35,230 nucleotides of DNA from Macrostomum lignano (Eukaryota). The stretch lies in the NCBI GenBank assembly GCA_002269645.1, contig NIVC01001501.1:1-35230 (forward strand), read 5' to 3'. Shown piece by piece: positions 9,001 through 19,789 of the stretch. The notes below the pieces were generated by a model. It saw only the letters and a list, made by a program, of their open reading frames with translations. It had not been told where the DNA came from and did not search any database. The position numbers were made by a program, and so were the translations under genes. Position 1 is the first letter of the stretch; each line of letters opens with the position of its first letter.

Positions 9001-12000
9001 GCGTCACCTGCCGCGGCCAGACGCTCAAATACGCGGTGGAGGTCAGCGGCGGCGCCTATCCGGGCGTGCCGGCCCAGGAGGCCTGGTTCATCAGCGGCGG
9101 CCCGTTGCACCAGAGTCCAGGTACCTGCGCTGGCTTTTCAGTTGCTTCCTTGGAGCTTTTATGAGGAATTTTGTAGGCTTTTAATTGATCTTTTTTGTCT
9201 CTAACATTTTGTGGATATCCGTTGTTTTTTAGAAACAAGAATTGCAGTTATTTCTTGGAATTATAAAAGCATCGGTTGCTTTTATGAATATCAGCTGTTT
9301 CTTAGAATCGCTAGGATATCAATTTCTAAGAATCAATAGGGTATCGGTTGTTTCTTAGAATCGCTAGGATATCAGTTGTTTCTTAAAACCACTAAAGTAA
9401 TATCAGTTGTTTTTTAGAATCGCTAGGATATCCGTTGTTTCTTGGAATCGCTAGGCTATCCGTTGTTTCTTGGAATCGCTAGGATATCCGTTGTTTCTTA
9501 AAACCACTAAAGTAATATAAGTTGTTTCTTAGAATCGCTAGGATATCAGTTGTTTCTTAGAATCGCTAAGATATCAGTTGTTTCTTAGAATTGCTAGGAT
9601 ATCCGTTGTTTCTTAGAATCGCTAGGATATCAGTTTTTTCTTAGAATCGCAAGTATATCAGTTGTTTCTTAGAATCGCTAGGATATCGGTTGTTTCTTAA
9701 AACCACTAAAGTAATATCAGTTGTTTCTTAGAATCGCTAGGATATCCGTTGTTTCTTGGAATCGCTAGGATATCCGTTGTTTCTTAAAACCACTAAAGTA
9801 ATGTCAGTTGTTTCTTAGAATCGCTAGGATATCAGTTGTTTCTTAGAACCGCTAGGATATCAGTTGTTTCTTAGAATCGCTAGGATATCCGTTGTTTCTT
9901 AGAATCGCTAGGATATGCGTTGTTTCTTAGAATCGCTAGGATATCCGTTGTTTCTTAGAATCGCTAGGATATCCGTTGTTTCTTAGAATCGCTAGGATAT
10001 CCGTTGTTTCTTAGAATCGCTAGGATATCCATTGATTCTAGAAGCTTAATTCAATTATTCTTTAAGCCAATGCAGATTTTATTATTAAATTTCTTGTTTC
10101 CTGGAATCACTTCGGATTTTTCTTAGAATCCTCCCCCATTGATAAGTTTTCAGTCGGTAATTTCACTATTCCGAAATCCGAATATTTCAGCCCACCTTGT
10201 CGAGCACCTGATCCGCTTTGCCGACGGCATCCCCTGCCGATTAAAGTGGGCGGTCTCGCCCGAATCCAAGCTGATCGACGTCGAACGTCTGGCGCCCCGC
10301 GGCGTTGAGCGCGCTGAGCGCGACATCGTCCGGCTGGACGGCGCAGGCGGCGGTGGCGGCGGCTCGAACTCTCGCCGGTCGTCAACCCGTCGCAGTGGCG
10401 GCAGCGGCGGCGCAGCCTCCGAGTCCAGCGGCGGCTCCGGCGAGCGGGCGGCCAGCGGAAAGTCGAAGTCTGGCGGCAGCGGCGCCGGCGGCTCCGCGGC
10501 AGCAGCCGGGGGCGGAGGTGACCTGCCGCTAATTCCGGCTAACCAGGTGATCCTGCTGGCCAGGTTGGGCGAAGGCGAGTTCGGCGAGGTGTTCAGCGGC
10601 CGCCTGACCAGGGGGGACTCAGCGGTCCAGGTGAGCTGATTTCCTGCTTATGTAAAACTTGCGGCATTTCCGATAGATGAAGAGATTGCCAGTGGGCTCT
10701 GCTGCCTCTTGTGACAATTGCTTAATAATACTACCGACCGATATGTATCGAAAGAAACGTTACACACTATCCCAATTGTCCAGGAAGTGGCAGTGAAGGT
10801 GCTGGCCTCCGCGCAGACCCGGCTAGACTTTGTGAAGGAGGCGGCCGTGATGGCCAAACTCGCCCATCCCAGCATTGTGCGCGTGCTGGGCCTGTGCGAG
10901 AACAAGCGGCTCATGATGCTGCTGGAGCTGTGCCCGCTCGGCTCCCTGCTGGACTACATCCGGCAGCCGGCCAGGCAGGCCGCCCTCACCGACTGTCAGG
11001 AGCCGCTGTACCGATGGGCCCTGCAGGTGGCCGAAGGTATGCAGTACCTGGAGCAGCGGGGCTGCATTCACCGCGATCTGGCGGCTAGGAATGTCCTGCT
11101 AGCCGACGAGGGCCGGGCCAAGATCTCCGATTTCGGTTTGTCCAGAGCGGTTGGAGCTGATACTGACTATTACAGGTAATTTAGCGATGCTTGACTCTGT
11201 TGTGCCATATGCTGGTTCTTGTCATAGCAACTAATACCTATTCTTTAGCAACCGGTACTTGTTTGATTTTGCAACCAGAAATAGTTGTCTAGTAACCAGT
11301 AATTTCCATAGCAACCGATATTTATTGTTATGCCATAGCAACCAATATTTGTTGTTGTGCCATAGAATCCGGTATTTGTTGTTATGCCATGCCCATAGCA
11401 ACCGATATTTGTTGTTATGCCATGCCCATAGCAACCGATATTTGTTGTTATGCCATGCCCATAGCAACCGATATTAGTTGTTATGCCATAGCAACCGATA
11501 TTTGTTGTTATGCCATAGCAACCGATTTTTGTTGTTATGCCATAGCAGCCGATTTTTGTTGTTATGCCATAGCAACCGATTTTTGTTGTTATGCCATAGC
11601 AGCCGATATTTGTTATGCCATATCAACCGATATTTGTTGTTATGCCCCCTGTCCAAAGCAACCGATATTTGTTGTAATGCCATAGCAACGGAAACCTGTT
11701 TCCATAGCAGCAGAATTTTGGCCCCTCCATTGCATCCTATAATTGTTTGCCACTTGTTACCATAGCAACCAACACATAGCCTTGGCTACTGAACCAGACA
11801 CAACTAATTGTTTCTGCAGGGCAACTCAGCGCGGCAAGTGGCCAATCAAATGGTACGCGCCCGAGGCCATCTACTATCGCCTATTCAGCTCCGCGTCGGA
11901 CGTCTGGAGCTTCGGCGTCTGCCTCTGGGAGCTGTACAGCCTCGGCGAGCCGCCCTGGGGCGATTTGGACGGTGTTGAAGTGCTGAAGCAAATCGAGGAG

Positions 12001-12162
12001 GGCTGCCGGCTGCCGCAGCCGCGGCTGGCAGCTTCGGATCTGTACAACCTCATGCAGCAGTGCTGGGCCTACAAGCCGGAGGACCGGCCCAGCTTCGACC
12101 GATTGCAGGCCTGGTTTCAGCACGTCACCACTAATGTGTACGAGAACCTGCCGCCTGAGTGA
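5763..12162 (+). CDS. shark: SHARK/HTK16-type SH2-ankyrin-SH2 tyrosine kinase, 7 exons, 787 aa
   Basis: Exons 5763-6038, 6442-6654, 7052-7288, 8658-9120, 10191-10630, 10784-11175 and 11820-12162 join through GT-AG introns (phases 0,0,0,1,0,2) into a 2364-nt ORF. Domains: SH2 (WFHGEVGREE..GTFLVRYS), ankyrin repeats (NALHLAA, ATPLIEAA, FTALHRA, NTPLHEAA), second SH2 (WFHSDLSK..GTFLLRRS), and kinase (LGEGEFGEV, VAVK, HRDLAARNVLL, DFGLSR, KWPIKWYAPE, SDVWSFG). An upstream exon cannot be excluded. Confidence 0.93.
6088..6406. repeat. Minisatellite, 27-bp unit (TCTCCCATTATCAAACCCYGACCTCAG), ~12 copies, SHARK intron 1
   Basis: Direct tandem copies; the 9-aa periodicity SHYQTPTSV in the ORF track confirms the unit length. 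Confidence 0.95.
6442..6654 (+). CDS. shark: SHARK exon 2 (end of SH2, first ankyrin repeat)
   Basis: Acceptor CTCAG|; VHGTSAKYLGIDLLV..GSTNALHLAARRAN..QLQ; donor GTGAGC. Confidence 0.85.
6700..7026. repeat. Minisatellite, 32-bp unit (GTAGTGGTGATTAAGGACCAGCTCATGCACAG), ~10 copies, SHARK intron 2
   Basis: Near-identical tandem copies read directly. Confidence 0.95.
7052..7288 (+). CDS. shark: SHARK exon 3 (ankyrin repeats)
   Basis: Acceptor CCGCAG|; NGATPLIEAAKTG..GFTALHRAV..SPQ; donor GTGAGC. Confidence 0.9.
7366..8560. repeat. Minisatellite, 22-23-bp unit (CTGAGATTCTGCCATCTACTCC), ~50 copies, SHARK intron 3
   Basis: Tandem copies with the variant CTAACTTC; degenerate at both ends. Confidence 0.95.
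8658..9120 (+). CDS. shark: SHARK exon 4 (ankyrin repeats, second SH2)
   Basis: VRCPFSGNTPLHEAAVLGH..GELPYELA..DWFHSDLSK..DGTFLLRRS..GGPLHQSP; phase-1 donor at 9121. Confidence 0.9.
9290..10045. repeat. Minisatellite, 28-bp unit (GTTGTTTCTTAGAATCGCTAGGATATCC), ~26 copies, SHARK intron 4
   Basis: Tandem copies with a recurring variant unit AAAACCACTAAAGTAATATCA; degenerate copies extend towards both splice sites. Confidence 0.95.
10191..10630 (+). CDS. shark: SHARK exon 5 (end of SH2, Gly/Ser linker, kinase G-loop)
   Basis: Acceptor TTTCAG|; HLVEHLIRFADGIPCRL..LGEGEFGEVFSG; donor GTGAGC. Confidence 0.9.
10784..11175 (+). CDS. shark: SHARK exon 6 (kinase subdomains II-VII)
   Basis: EVAVK..FVKEAAVM..IHRDLAARNVLL..KISDFGLSRAVGADTDYY; phase-2 donor GTAATT. 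Confidence 0.95.
11300..11700. repeat. Minisatellite, ~27-bp unit (CCATAGCAACCGATATTTGTTGTTATG), SHARK intron 6
   Basis: Tandem copies, some lengthened by GCCCAT. Confidence 0.93.
11820..12162 (+). CDS. shark: SHARK exon 7 (kinase C-lobe, stop)
   Basis: Acceptor TTCTGCAG|; RATQRGKWPIKWYAPE..SDVWSFGVCLWE..CWAYKPEDRPSF; TGA 12160-12162. Confidence 0.95.
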
Positions 12163-12949
12163 CTTCCCCGCCTGTATCACATGGCCATAGCAACCGCATA
12201 GCAACGGGTGTGTGTGTTTCCATGGTTACACCATAGCAACTTGTATTAAGAATTCGAGCTATGAATTGATGACTATAATAAACAAAATTATATTTAAACA
12301 GAATAGCAACCGCATAGCAACCACATAGCGACATGCGTTCCCATGGCTACGAGCTACAGACAATGAATCAATAGGTTTTAGCAGAGCCTGCGTCTTTAAG
12401 TAGTTGAACATGTGTCTTGACGATAATGTCAGCAATTTAACAGCATAGCAACTGCATGTGTTACCATGGAAACAGAGCTTTTTTTGCTTCATGCGAGGTA
12501 AAGACTTGGAGTCTAAATTACGTAATTTACGGTTTTTGGCTTGAGTTTTACACCCGGCCACAAAACAAGTAGGATACAAATAATAATAATTCCTATTTAT
12601 TGAATTTCAGAACTGATCTCCATATCGCGCATATCGCTAATTGATTTGAATTGTTGCTTATTTAGTACTGTTAATCCTTCACTAGTCAGGGAGTCATTTT
12701 ACAGCAATAGTTCAGCAGCTCTTATTGTGAAGACGAGTCTCTTTTATATCCTGACCACGATTATAATCTATCGCTTCTGCTGTGTTCTTTTAACTTGATC
12801 CGTTTTTTCTGCTATTTTTATTTTTTATTTACCTTTGATTGTCAGATGTAACCAGATTGAAATTCTTATACCATATATATGTGTGTTTATTTTTTCTCTT
12901 TTAATTTAATTATTTGCTGCTGGGAATTAGAAAATTTAATCCCTATGAA

Positions 12950-13430
12950 ATCCACCATCTTCCCCATCTCCCATCTTCCCCATCTCCCATCTTCCCCATC
13001 TCCCATCTTCCCCATCTCCCATCTTCCCCATTTCCCACCTTTCCATCTCCCATCTTCCCCGACTCCCATCTTCCCCGACTCCCAATCTTCCCCATTTCCC
13101 ACCTTTCCATCTCCCATCTTCCCCGACTCCCATCTTCCCCGACTCCCAATCTTCCCCATTTCCCACCTTTCCATCTCCCATCTTCCCCGACTCCCATCTT
13201 CCCCGACTCCCAATCTTCCCCATTTCCCACCTTTCCATCTCCCATCTTCCCCGACTCCCATCTTCCCCATCTTCCATTTCCCCATTTCCCATCTTCCTCA
13301 TCTTCCATCTTCCCCATCTCCCATCTTCCCCATCTCCCATCTTCCCCATCTCCCATCTTCCCCATCTCCCATCTTCCCCGACTCCCATCTTCCCCATCTC
13401 CCATCTTCCCCATCTCCCATCTTCCCCATC
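12950..13430. repeat. C/T-rich low-complexity tandem array (TCTTCCCCATCTCCCA-like)
   Basis: Read directly; source of several spurious P/S/F/H and G/K/W/E ORFs. Confidence 0.95.
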
Positions 13431-14504
13431 CCCCAGCCGTCAGTGAAAATTCTGACTCTCAGCAGCGGCCAATTGCAATCCTATTTGCACAGGTTTTGTT
13501 TAACAAATATTACCTTTATTTTTAGCACCTGAGCGAGTGCAATAGAGTGCAGAGTCCTCACCTCAACTCTGCAACTCCCCCAATCTGTTATATGCCTAGT
13601 TTCTGTTTCGCTCACACATCTTGCTGATTACGGAGCAGTATTCTCTCTTTTTAAATTCAGTACGGTACATGTACATTAATGTATTGACTGCACCTGCCTA
13701 TTTAGTTGAGCATGTAGGTATAATGAACAAATCAGCATGCACTTATTATTAGTGTATATAATATATAAAATTCTATTTCTAATATCGCTATACATCTTTG
13801 GAATGCCTGCAATTTTTCCACAGGAATTTGTTGTTGCGCAATCAATTTTTATATCTACATGTATTCTAATACTGTTTTTTACCGAATTTTCAGCTAACTA
13901 ACTAGTTTGTTGCGTAATTCAGCCACACTCCACTTGGCGCACGCTTGTGCGTGCATGCACCTGGCCTGTTGCTATCGTACCGCATAGGCCCTAGTTGAAT
14001 TTCATATTTCGTATTTACCTCCTTTTTCATAGTTTCACCGCTCAGCGATACAATAATGCACTATTCTGATTATTACTAGCATTGAGTAGGTTAATAGCAA
14101 TGTTAATGGGGCTGGCCATGGACTGCCTCTATTTCAGCACTCTGCTATTGTGCAAAGCATTTCCAGTCGAGAATGAAGAGATTTAGCCTATAGCCTAAAC
14201 TCAAATGTCACTCGCAAAAAATGCGCTTATCTACTCTTTTTAGTAACAACATTAGCGTTTCTTACCTTTATTATAGTTAAATAAAAATGATTAAAATCTA
14301 CAAGATATTTAGAGCTTTAGATGGAGCTGCAACAATAGACTCTGACCTTCTGCGAAAGCTCATTATAACACCATCTTCATCCTGTTTGAACCAAGTGCGT
14401 GTGCATAGCGAGCAAGAGAGACGAGGGGTGGCGCCCCAGCCCCAAGCCAGACGATCGATAAACAGTATTAGTATCGCTTGTTTCTGAGTTTAACTTTTTC
14501 CGTA

Positions 14505-14795
14505 CTGCTTTCTCATTGGCTGAACTAAATTGGGCTGCCCCCACCCTAGGCGGAGTTTCGTCTGCCTAACTTTGGCCTCTCTCCTTACTGTTCTCTCATT
14601 GGCTGAGCTAGATTGGGCTGCCCTCCACCCTAGGCGGAGTTTCGTCTGTCAAACTTTGGCCTCTCTCCTTACTGCTCTCTCATTGGCTGAGCTAGATTGG
14701 GCTGCCCCTCCCTAGGCGGAGTTTTGTCTGCCTAACTTTGACCTCTTTCCTTACTCCTCTCTCATTGGCTGAGCAAGACTGGGCCTGCCTCCCCA
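14505..14795. repeat. 81-bp tandem repeat, ~3.5 copies
   Basis: Unit CTCTCATTGGCTGAGCTAGATTGGGCTGCCC..CCTAGGCGGAGTTTCGTCTG..AACTTTGGCCTCTCTCCTTACT; 27-aa periodicity in ORF 14530-14715. Confidence 0.9.
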
Positions 14796-15626
14796 GACGG
14801 AGTTTCGTCCGTCTTGCATTCACTGTCCACATCGAGTTAAATGCTGGTTGTTCAGTCTTAGCACCCAAGGCTTAGCATCTTAGCACCCCATATGCCCCTG
14901 AGCCTGAGGCCGCTAACCCCGAGGAAGTGACAACGCGCAGAAAAACTACTGAAAAAGAGTAGACGCTCTGCTTTTTAAAACTTTTTTGTGAGTGACATCT
15001 GATTAGTATCTGCTGCTATAGTCTATACCAGACTTGGCTGTACATTATGCTGTACATTGCCTACGAGTACATCGGCTACACAGTCATTATGGTTAGTATT
15101 GCTGGTCATGCTCGGCGGAAAAGGCTCTTATCTTGTCTCATCTAAGCTATAGGACAAAATTAGTCTATTACGCTTCTAGTCAAGGCATCTTTACGTGTAA
15201 TTTAAATGAAGTTTAAATCAATGTCCCCAGTCTTACTTAGCTCCCTAGTTCATAATTAAATACATTGCTAGGTCTTTTAAGTAACTTCCACTGCAATTAT
15301 CAGTCAGTTTTTGTTAGTTTAACTTGTGTCGGTTTTTAATCGGTGTACGTATTCGTAGAAATGATTTGTCTGTCTGTCTTTTGTTTTTGTCTCCTTGTTT
15401 TGAAAACCTCGGCTAGCCTTCTTTTTCAACTCCTTGCAGAGTCTGCGTTTTTTGCTGACCATTTTTTTGCTTGCAATGGCAAGCTTTGTTAATGTTATGA
15501 TTTTGCGAACTAACGCGCTCTTTCTGGCTAACTCGAAATAACCGAAACCACCTCCAACCTAGCGATTGCTACAGACAGACTCTATGCAGATGCTTTTATC
15601 CAATACTGACCTTGTGCTCCTGTGTC

Positions 15627-15668
15627 CTGACTGACTGACTGACTGACTGACTGACTGACTGACTGACT
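15627..15668. repeat. (CTGA)10 microsatellite
   Basis: Read directly. Confidence 0.97.
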
Positions 15669-16046
15669 TCATTGTACCTATTTACTTCCTCAAAATTTTT
15701 TGCTGACTCCATCCTCATACTGCACTCTCCTGTGATTACTATAGCAACAAGTAGTAGTAACGATGGCGTTTTTTGCAATTTTAATCTGTGAAATATTAGA
15801 CTAATTTCTGCTAAAACTATTGGTTACGAAGTATAATGTGCACTGTTCTCACCGTACAAACTTGTATTTAAACGAAAAAACAACTCATGTCTCTGGTACG
15901 TTCTTCATATTTTTTCTTATAAATTACAGCGCTACTGTTAGTAGCAGAATGAAATTAGAATAATGTAAAAACAAGACATGATAACAGCTGTAAACATTTT
16001 TCTTGGGTTTTACAGATTTATTGTACTCTGAGACTCTGCCGCTTCA

Positions 16047-16620
16047 ATGGGCCGCTCCTGACCTCTCAGGTCTTCAGTAGTGGGCCGCTCCTGACCCCTC
16101 AGGTCTTCAGAGTGAGTGGGCCGCTCTTGACCCCTCAGGTCTTCAGTAGTGGGCCGCTCCAGACCCCTCAGGTCTTCAGTAGTGGGCCGCTCCTGACCCC
16201 TCAGGTCTTCAGTAGTGGGCCGCTCTTGACCCCTCAGGTCTTCAGTAGTGGGCCGCTCCTGACCCCTCAGGTCTTCAGTAGTGGGCCGCTCCTGACCCCT
16301 CAGGTCTTCAGAGTGAGTGGGCCGCTCTTGACCCCTCAGGTCTTCAGTAGTGGGCCGCTCCAGACCCCTCAGGTCTTCAGTAGTGGGCCGCTCCTGACCC
16401 CTCAGGTCTTCAGTAGTGGGCCGCTCCTGACCCCTCAGGTCTTCAGAGTGGGTTGCTCCTGACCCCTCAGGTCTTCAGTAGTGGGCCGCTCCAGACCCCT
16501 CAGGTCTTCAGAGTGGGTTGCTCCTGACCCCTCAGGTCTTCAGTAGTGGGCCGCTCCTGACCCCTCAGGTCTTCAGAGTGGGTTGCTCCTGATAGGGTGA
16601 GGACCACTGTGCGAAGTCTT
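16047..16620. repeat. Minisatellite, 33-bp unit (GTAGTGGGCCGCTCCTGACCCCTCAGGTCTTCA), ~17 copies
   Basis: Tandem copies; 11-aa periodicity in ORF 16112-16462. Confidence 0.95.
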
Positions 16621-17416
16621 CAGTGGTGGGCCGCCCCTGATGCTAAAAATCACAAATTTTCGCGCTTTTTTGTATTCCTGTTCGCTACTATCTACTTATC
16701 CAAATGAGTAGTACGGTTAGAATCAAGCGTGTTGAATAAAAAACATTTGAAACTGCTAGTTCTGTTTCACAAAGTAGGCAATTGCTAGAAATGCAATCAA
16801 GCGGGCCAGACAGGAAGGCGGTTACTTAGCGGAAGTTTGTCTTCTTCACGTGCACAAGTTTGACTTTGATCACACTGCGCATGTGTCAGGTTTGTCGACC
16901 GGATTTCCAGTTCGGCCTCATCTCCCCGCCCCGGAGACAAGCGGAGATTTCTTTCTTTAGTGCCGTAGGTTTTATTGCCGTTATCTGGAGCCTTCAGCTC
17001 GTATAGGGAAAGCTGACATCGCCGTGTGACGTAATAGCTCATTTCTGTCTGTCCGCCTGTCTGTGCGTCTGCGATGTCAATGGAATGCCGCTGCACCCAA
17101 TGGTGCGAATTGACAGGCAAACGCCTGCTCGCATCACAGTTATATCGATAAGTCTGTGAACAAATGGCTACTATGGAGCGTGTGCGTGAAACTATTTATT
17201 GGGAGAGTGGGGAGGCGCATCTTGAAAGAAAAATACCTCTGTGTAGTTCGTTGCTACAGACGCAGTTGCAGTCTGACTGCGTGGCCTGTTTTTGGATATC
17301 TTTGATCGAGAGACAGCCGGTTGGGGGCCAGACTGTTAAGGGCTCTGCATGGACTGGTTGGAGTTCCTTTTTTAATTTCTTAAACCAGTTATTAATTTCT
17401 GGCTGTTTATGTTCAT

Positions 17417-17910
17417 GATCACGTGATACTGCGAATAGTGAGCTGTTCTCACGGTCACGTGATACTGTGAATAGTGAGCTGTTCTCACGGTCACGTGAAA
17501 CTGTGAATAGTGAGCTGTTCTCACGGTCACGTGATACTGTGAATAGTTAGCTGTTCTCACGGTCACGTGATACTGTGAATAGTTAGCTGTTCTCACGGTC
17601 ACGTGATACTGTGAATAGTTAGCTGTTCTCACGGTCACGTGATACTGTGAATAGTGAGCTGTTCTCACGGTCACGTGATACTGTGAATAGTGAGCTGTTC
17701 TCAGGGTCACGTGATACTGTGAATAGTGAGCTGTGCTCACGGTCACGTGATACTGTGAATAGTGAGCTGTGCTCACGGTCACGTGATACTGTGAATAGTG
17801 AGCTGTGCTCACGGTCACGTGATACTGTGAATAGTGAGCTGTTCTCAGGGTCACGTGATACTGTGAATAGTGAGCTGTGCTCACGGTCACGGACACGTGA
17901 TTCTGTGAAT
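17417..17910. repeat. Minisatellite, 36-bp unit (CACGTGATACTGTGAATAGTGAGCTGTTCTCACGGT), ~13 copies
   Basis: Tandem copies; 12-aa periodicity in the ORF track. Confidence 0.95.
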
Positions 17911-19026
17911 AGTGTGTTATTCACTTTGTTTCCACTGATGTATTTGTATAGTTGTAGTAATAGACTGTGTTGCATTCACTTATGTTTCAACTTGAAATAT
18001 TTCACGTTCACAAGTGACAATTGACGCAGATTAAATTTTTCACAGGCGGTCACGTGTTGAAAGGCAACTTGTAAGGCGCTGCTAGCGCTACTCAAGCTCA
18101 GGTCATGTGGTGAAGCAAACAAACTAACAAGAAAACAGATATGCTGTGCTGCGATTTTCATTTGCCGCACGTGCCGAACCCCTCGCTGCATTAAACGACT
18201 TTTTCTGCAACAAAGAGGACCGGCAGGCAGGCAGGCAGGACAGCAGCGAGATACCCCAGCAAAGGGGATAAATCTCCCCTCACCGTGTCAGACTTTGAGG
18301 ATTTATGCCGGCGCCCCCCAACCCCCGCCTTATTAAGAGACGCGTGAACTGAAGTGTGAGAGAGCGGCCATTTGTTTGATCTTCTGCTCCCCTCCCGCAC
18401 CCGCTGCGGGTCAACTCTTAAGCCGGTTAATTAAGAATTCCTGCAGGGGGGGCGGGGGAGACAGACGCTGCAGCTCGGGTGTCTGCTGCTCTACAAACTT
18501 TTAGAGAGAGAAAAAAATAAAATATATGGCGGCTCTGTAAGGACCTGCTGCAGCTGCCGGGCTGGCTTGATGAAGATAGCAGAAATCCGGAAACGGCATG
18601 GTGGAAATTGATGTCAAGAAGGCTGCCCTCTTCTCGATTTTGCTTTCGCCAAGCAGAAAGGGAAGGTTTGGTCTTCTTGCCTTTGATGACGAGCCGACAA
18701 AGATTATGCTGCATATGGACATTGGAGACATTTAGCATTGACTTGACCATGGGGGCGCGCCCTCCTGTCAACTGCGCGGATGGCTGTCAAGTCGAGACAA
18801 GCAGCAGTGGAGGTGGGAGTCCGGTTTTACTGGGACTTGACCTGCAATAGCATCTGCTTAAATATGACAGGTTTTTTAGGATTGCATTAGATTCAACTCA
18901 GTTGAGCTCACTGTGACCCCTCCACCACCTCCATATGATCTGATCCCCACTCCCTATAGTTGTATTTTCATCAATTTATTCATATCCATGATTTACCTGT
19001 TTGCGACCGGACCCTTCGTCAAGGGG

Positions 19027-19789
19027 CCTGACCCACTACTTGACCCTCCATCGATATGACCTGACCCACTACTTGACCCTCCATCGATATGACCTGACCC
19101 ACTACTTGACCCTTCATCTATATGACCTGACCCACTACTTGACTTGACCCTCCATCTATATGACGTGACCCACTACTTGACTTGACGCTTCATCTATATG
19201 ACCTGACCCACTACCTGACATTAAATCTATATGACCTGACCCACTACTTGACCCTCCATCCTATATGACCTGACCCACTACTTGACCCTCCATCCTATAT
19301 GACCTGACCCACTACTTGACCCTCCATCCAATATGACCTGACCCACTACTTGACCCTCCATCCTATATGACCTGACCCACTACTTGACCCTCCATCCTAT
19401 ATGACCTGACCCACTACTTGACCCTCTATCCTATATGACCTGACCCACTACTTGACCCTCCATCCTATATGACCTGACCCACTACTTGACCCTCCATCCT
19501 ATATGACCTGACCCACTACTTGACCCTCCATCCTATATGACCTGACCCACTACTTGACCCTCCATCCTATATGACCTGACCCACTACTTGACCCTCCATC
19601 CTATATGACCTGACCCACTACTTGACCCTCCATCCTATATGACCTGACCCACTACTTGACCCTCCATCCTATATGACCTGACCCACTACTTGACCCTCCA
19701 TCCTATATGACCTGACCCACTACTTGACCCTCCATCCTATATGACCTGACCCACTACTTGACCCTCCATCCTATATGACCTGACCCACT
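19027..19789. repeat. Minisatellite, 34-bp unit (TATATGACCTGACCCACTACTTGACCCTCCATCC), ~22 copies
   Basis: Tandem copies; homogeneous on the right, diverged on the left. Confidence 0.95.

Noticed and set aside
12879-13532. Long P/S/F/H- and G/K/W/E-rich ORFs
   Set aside because: They are translations of the C/T low-complexity array, open in several frames on both strands.
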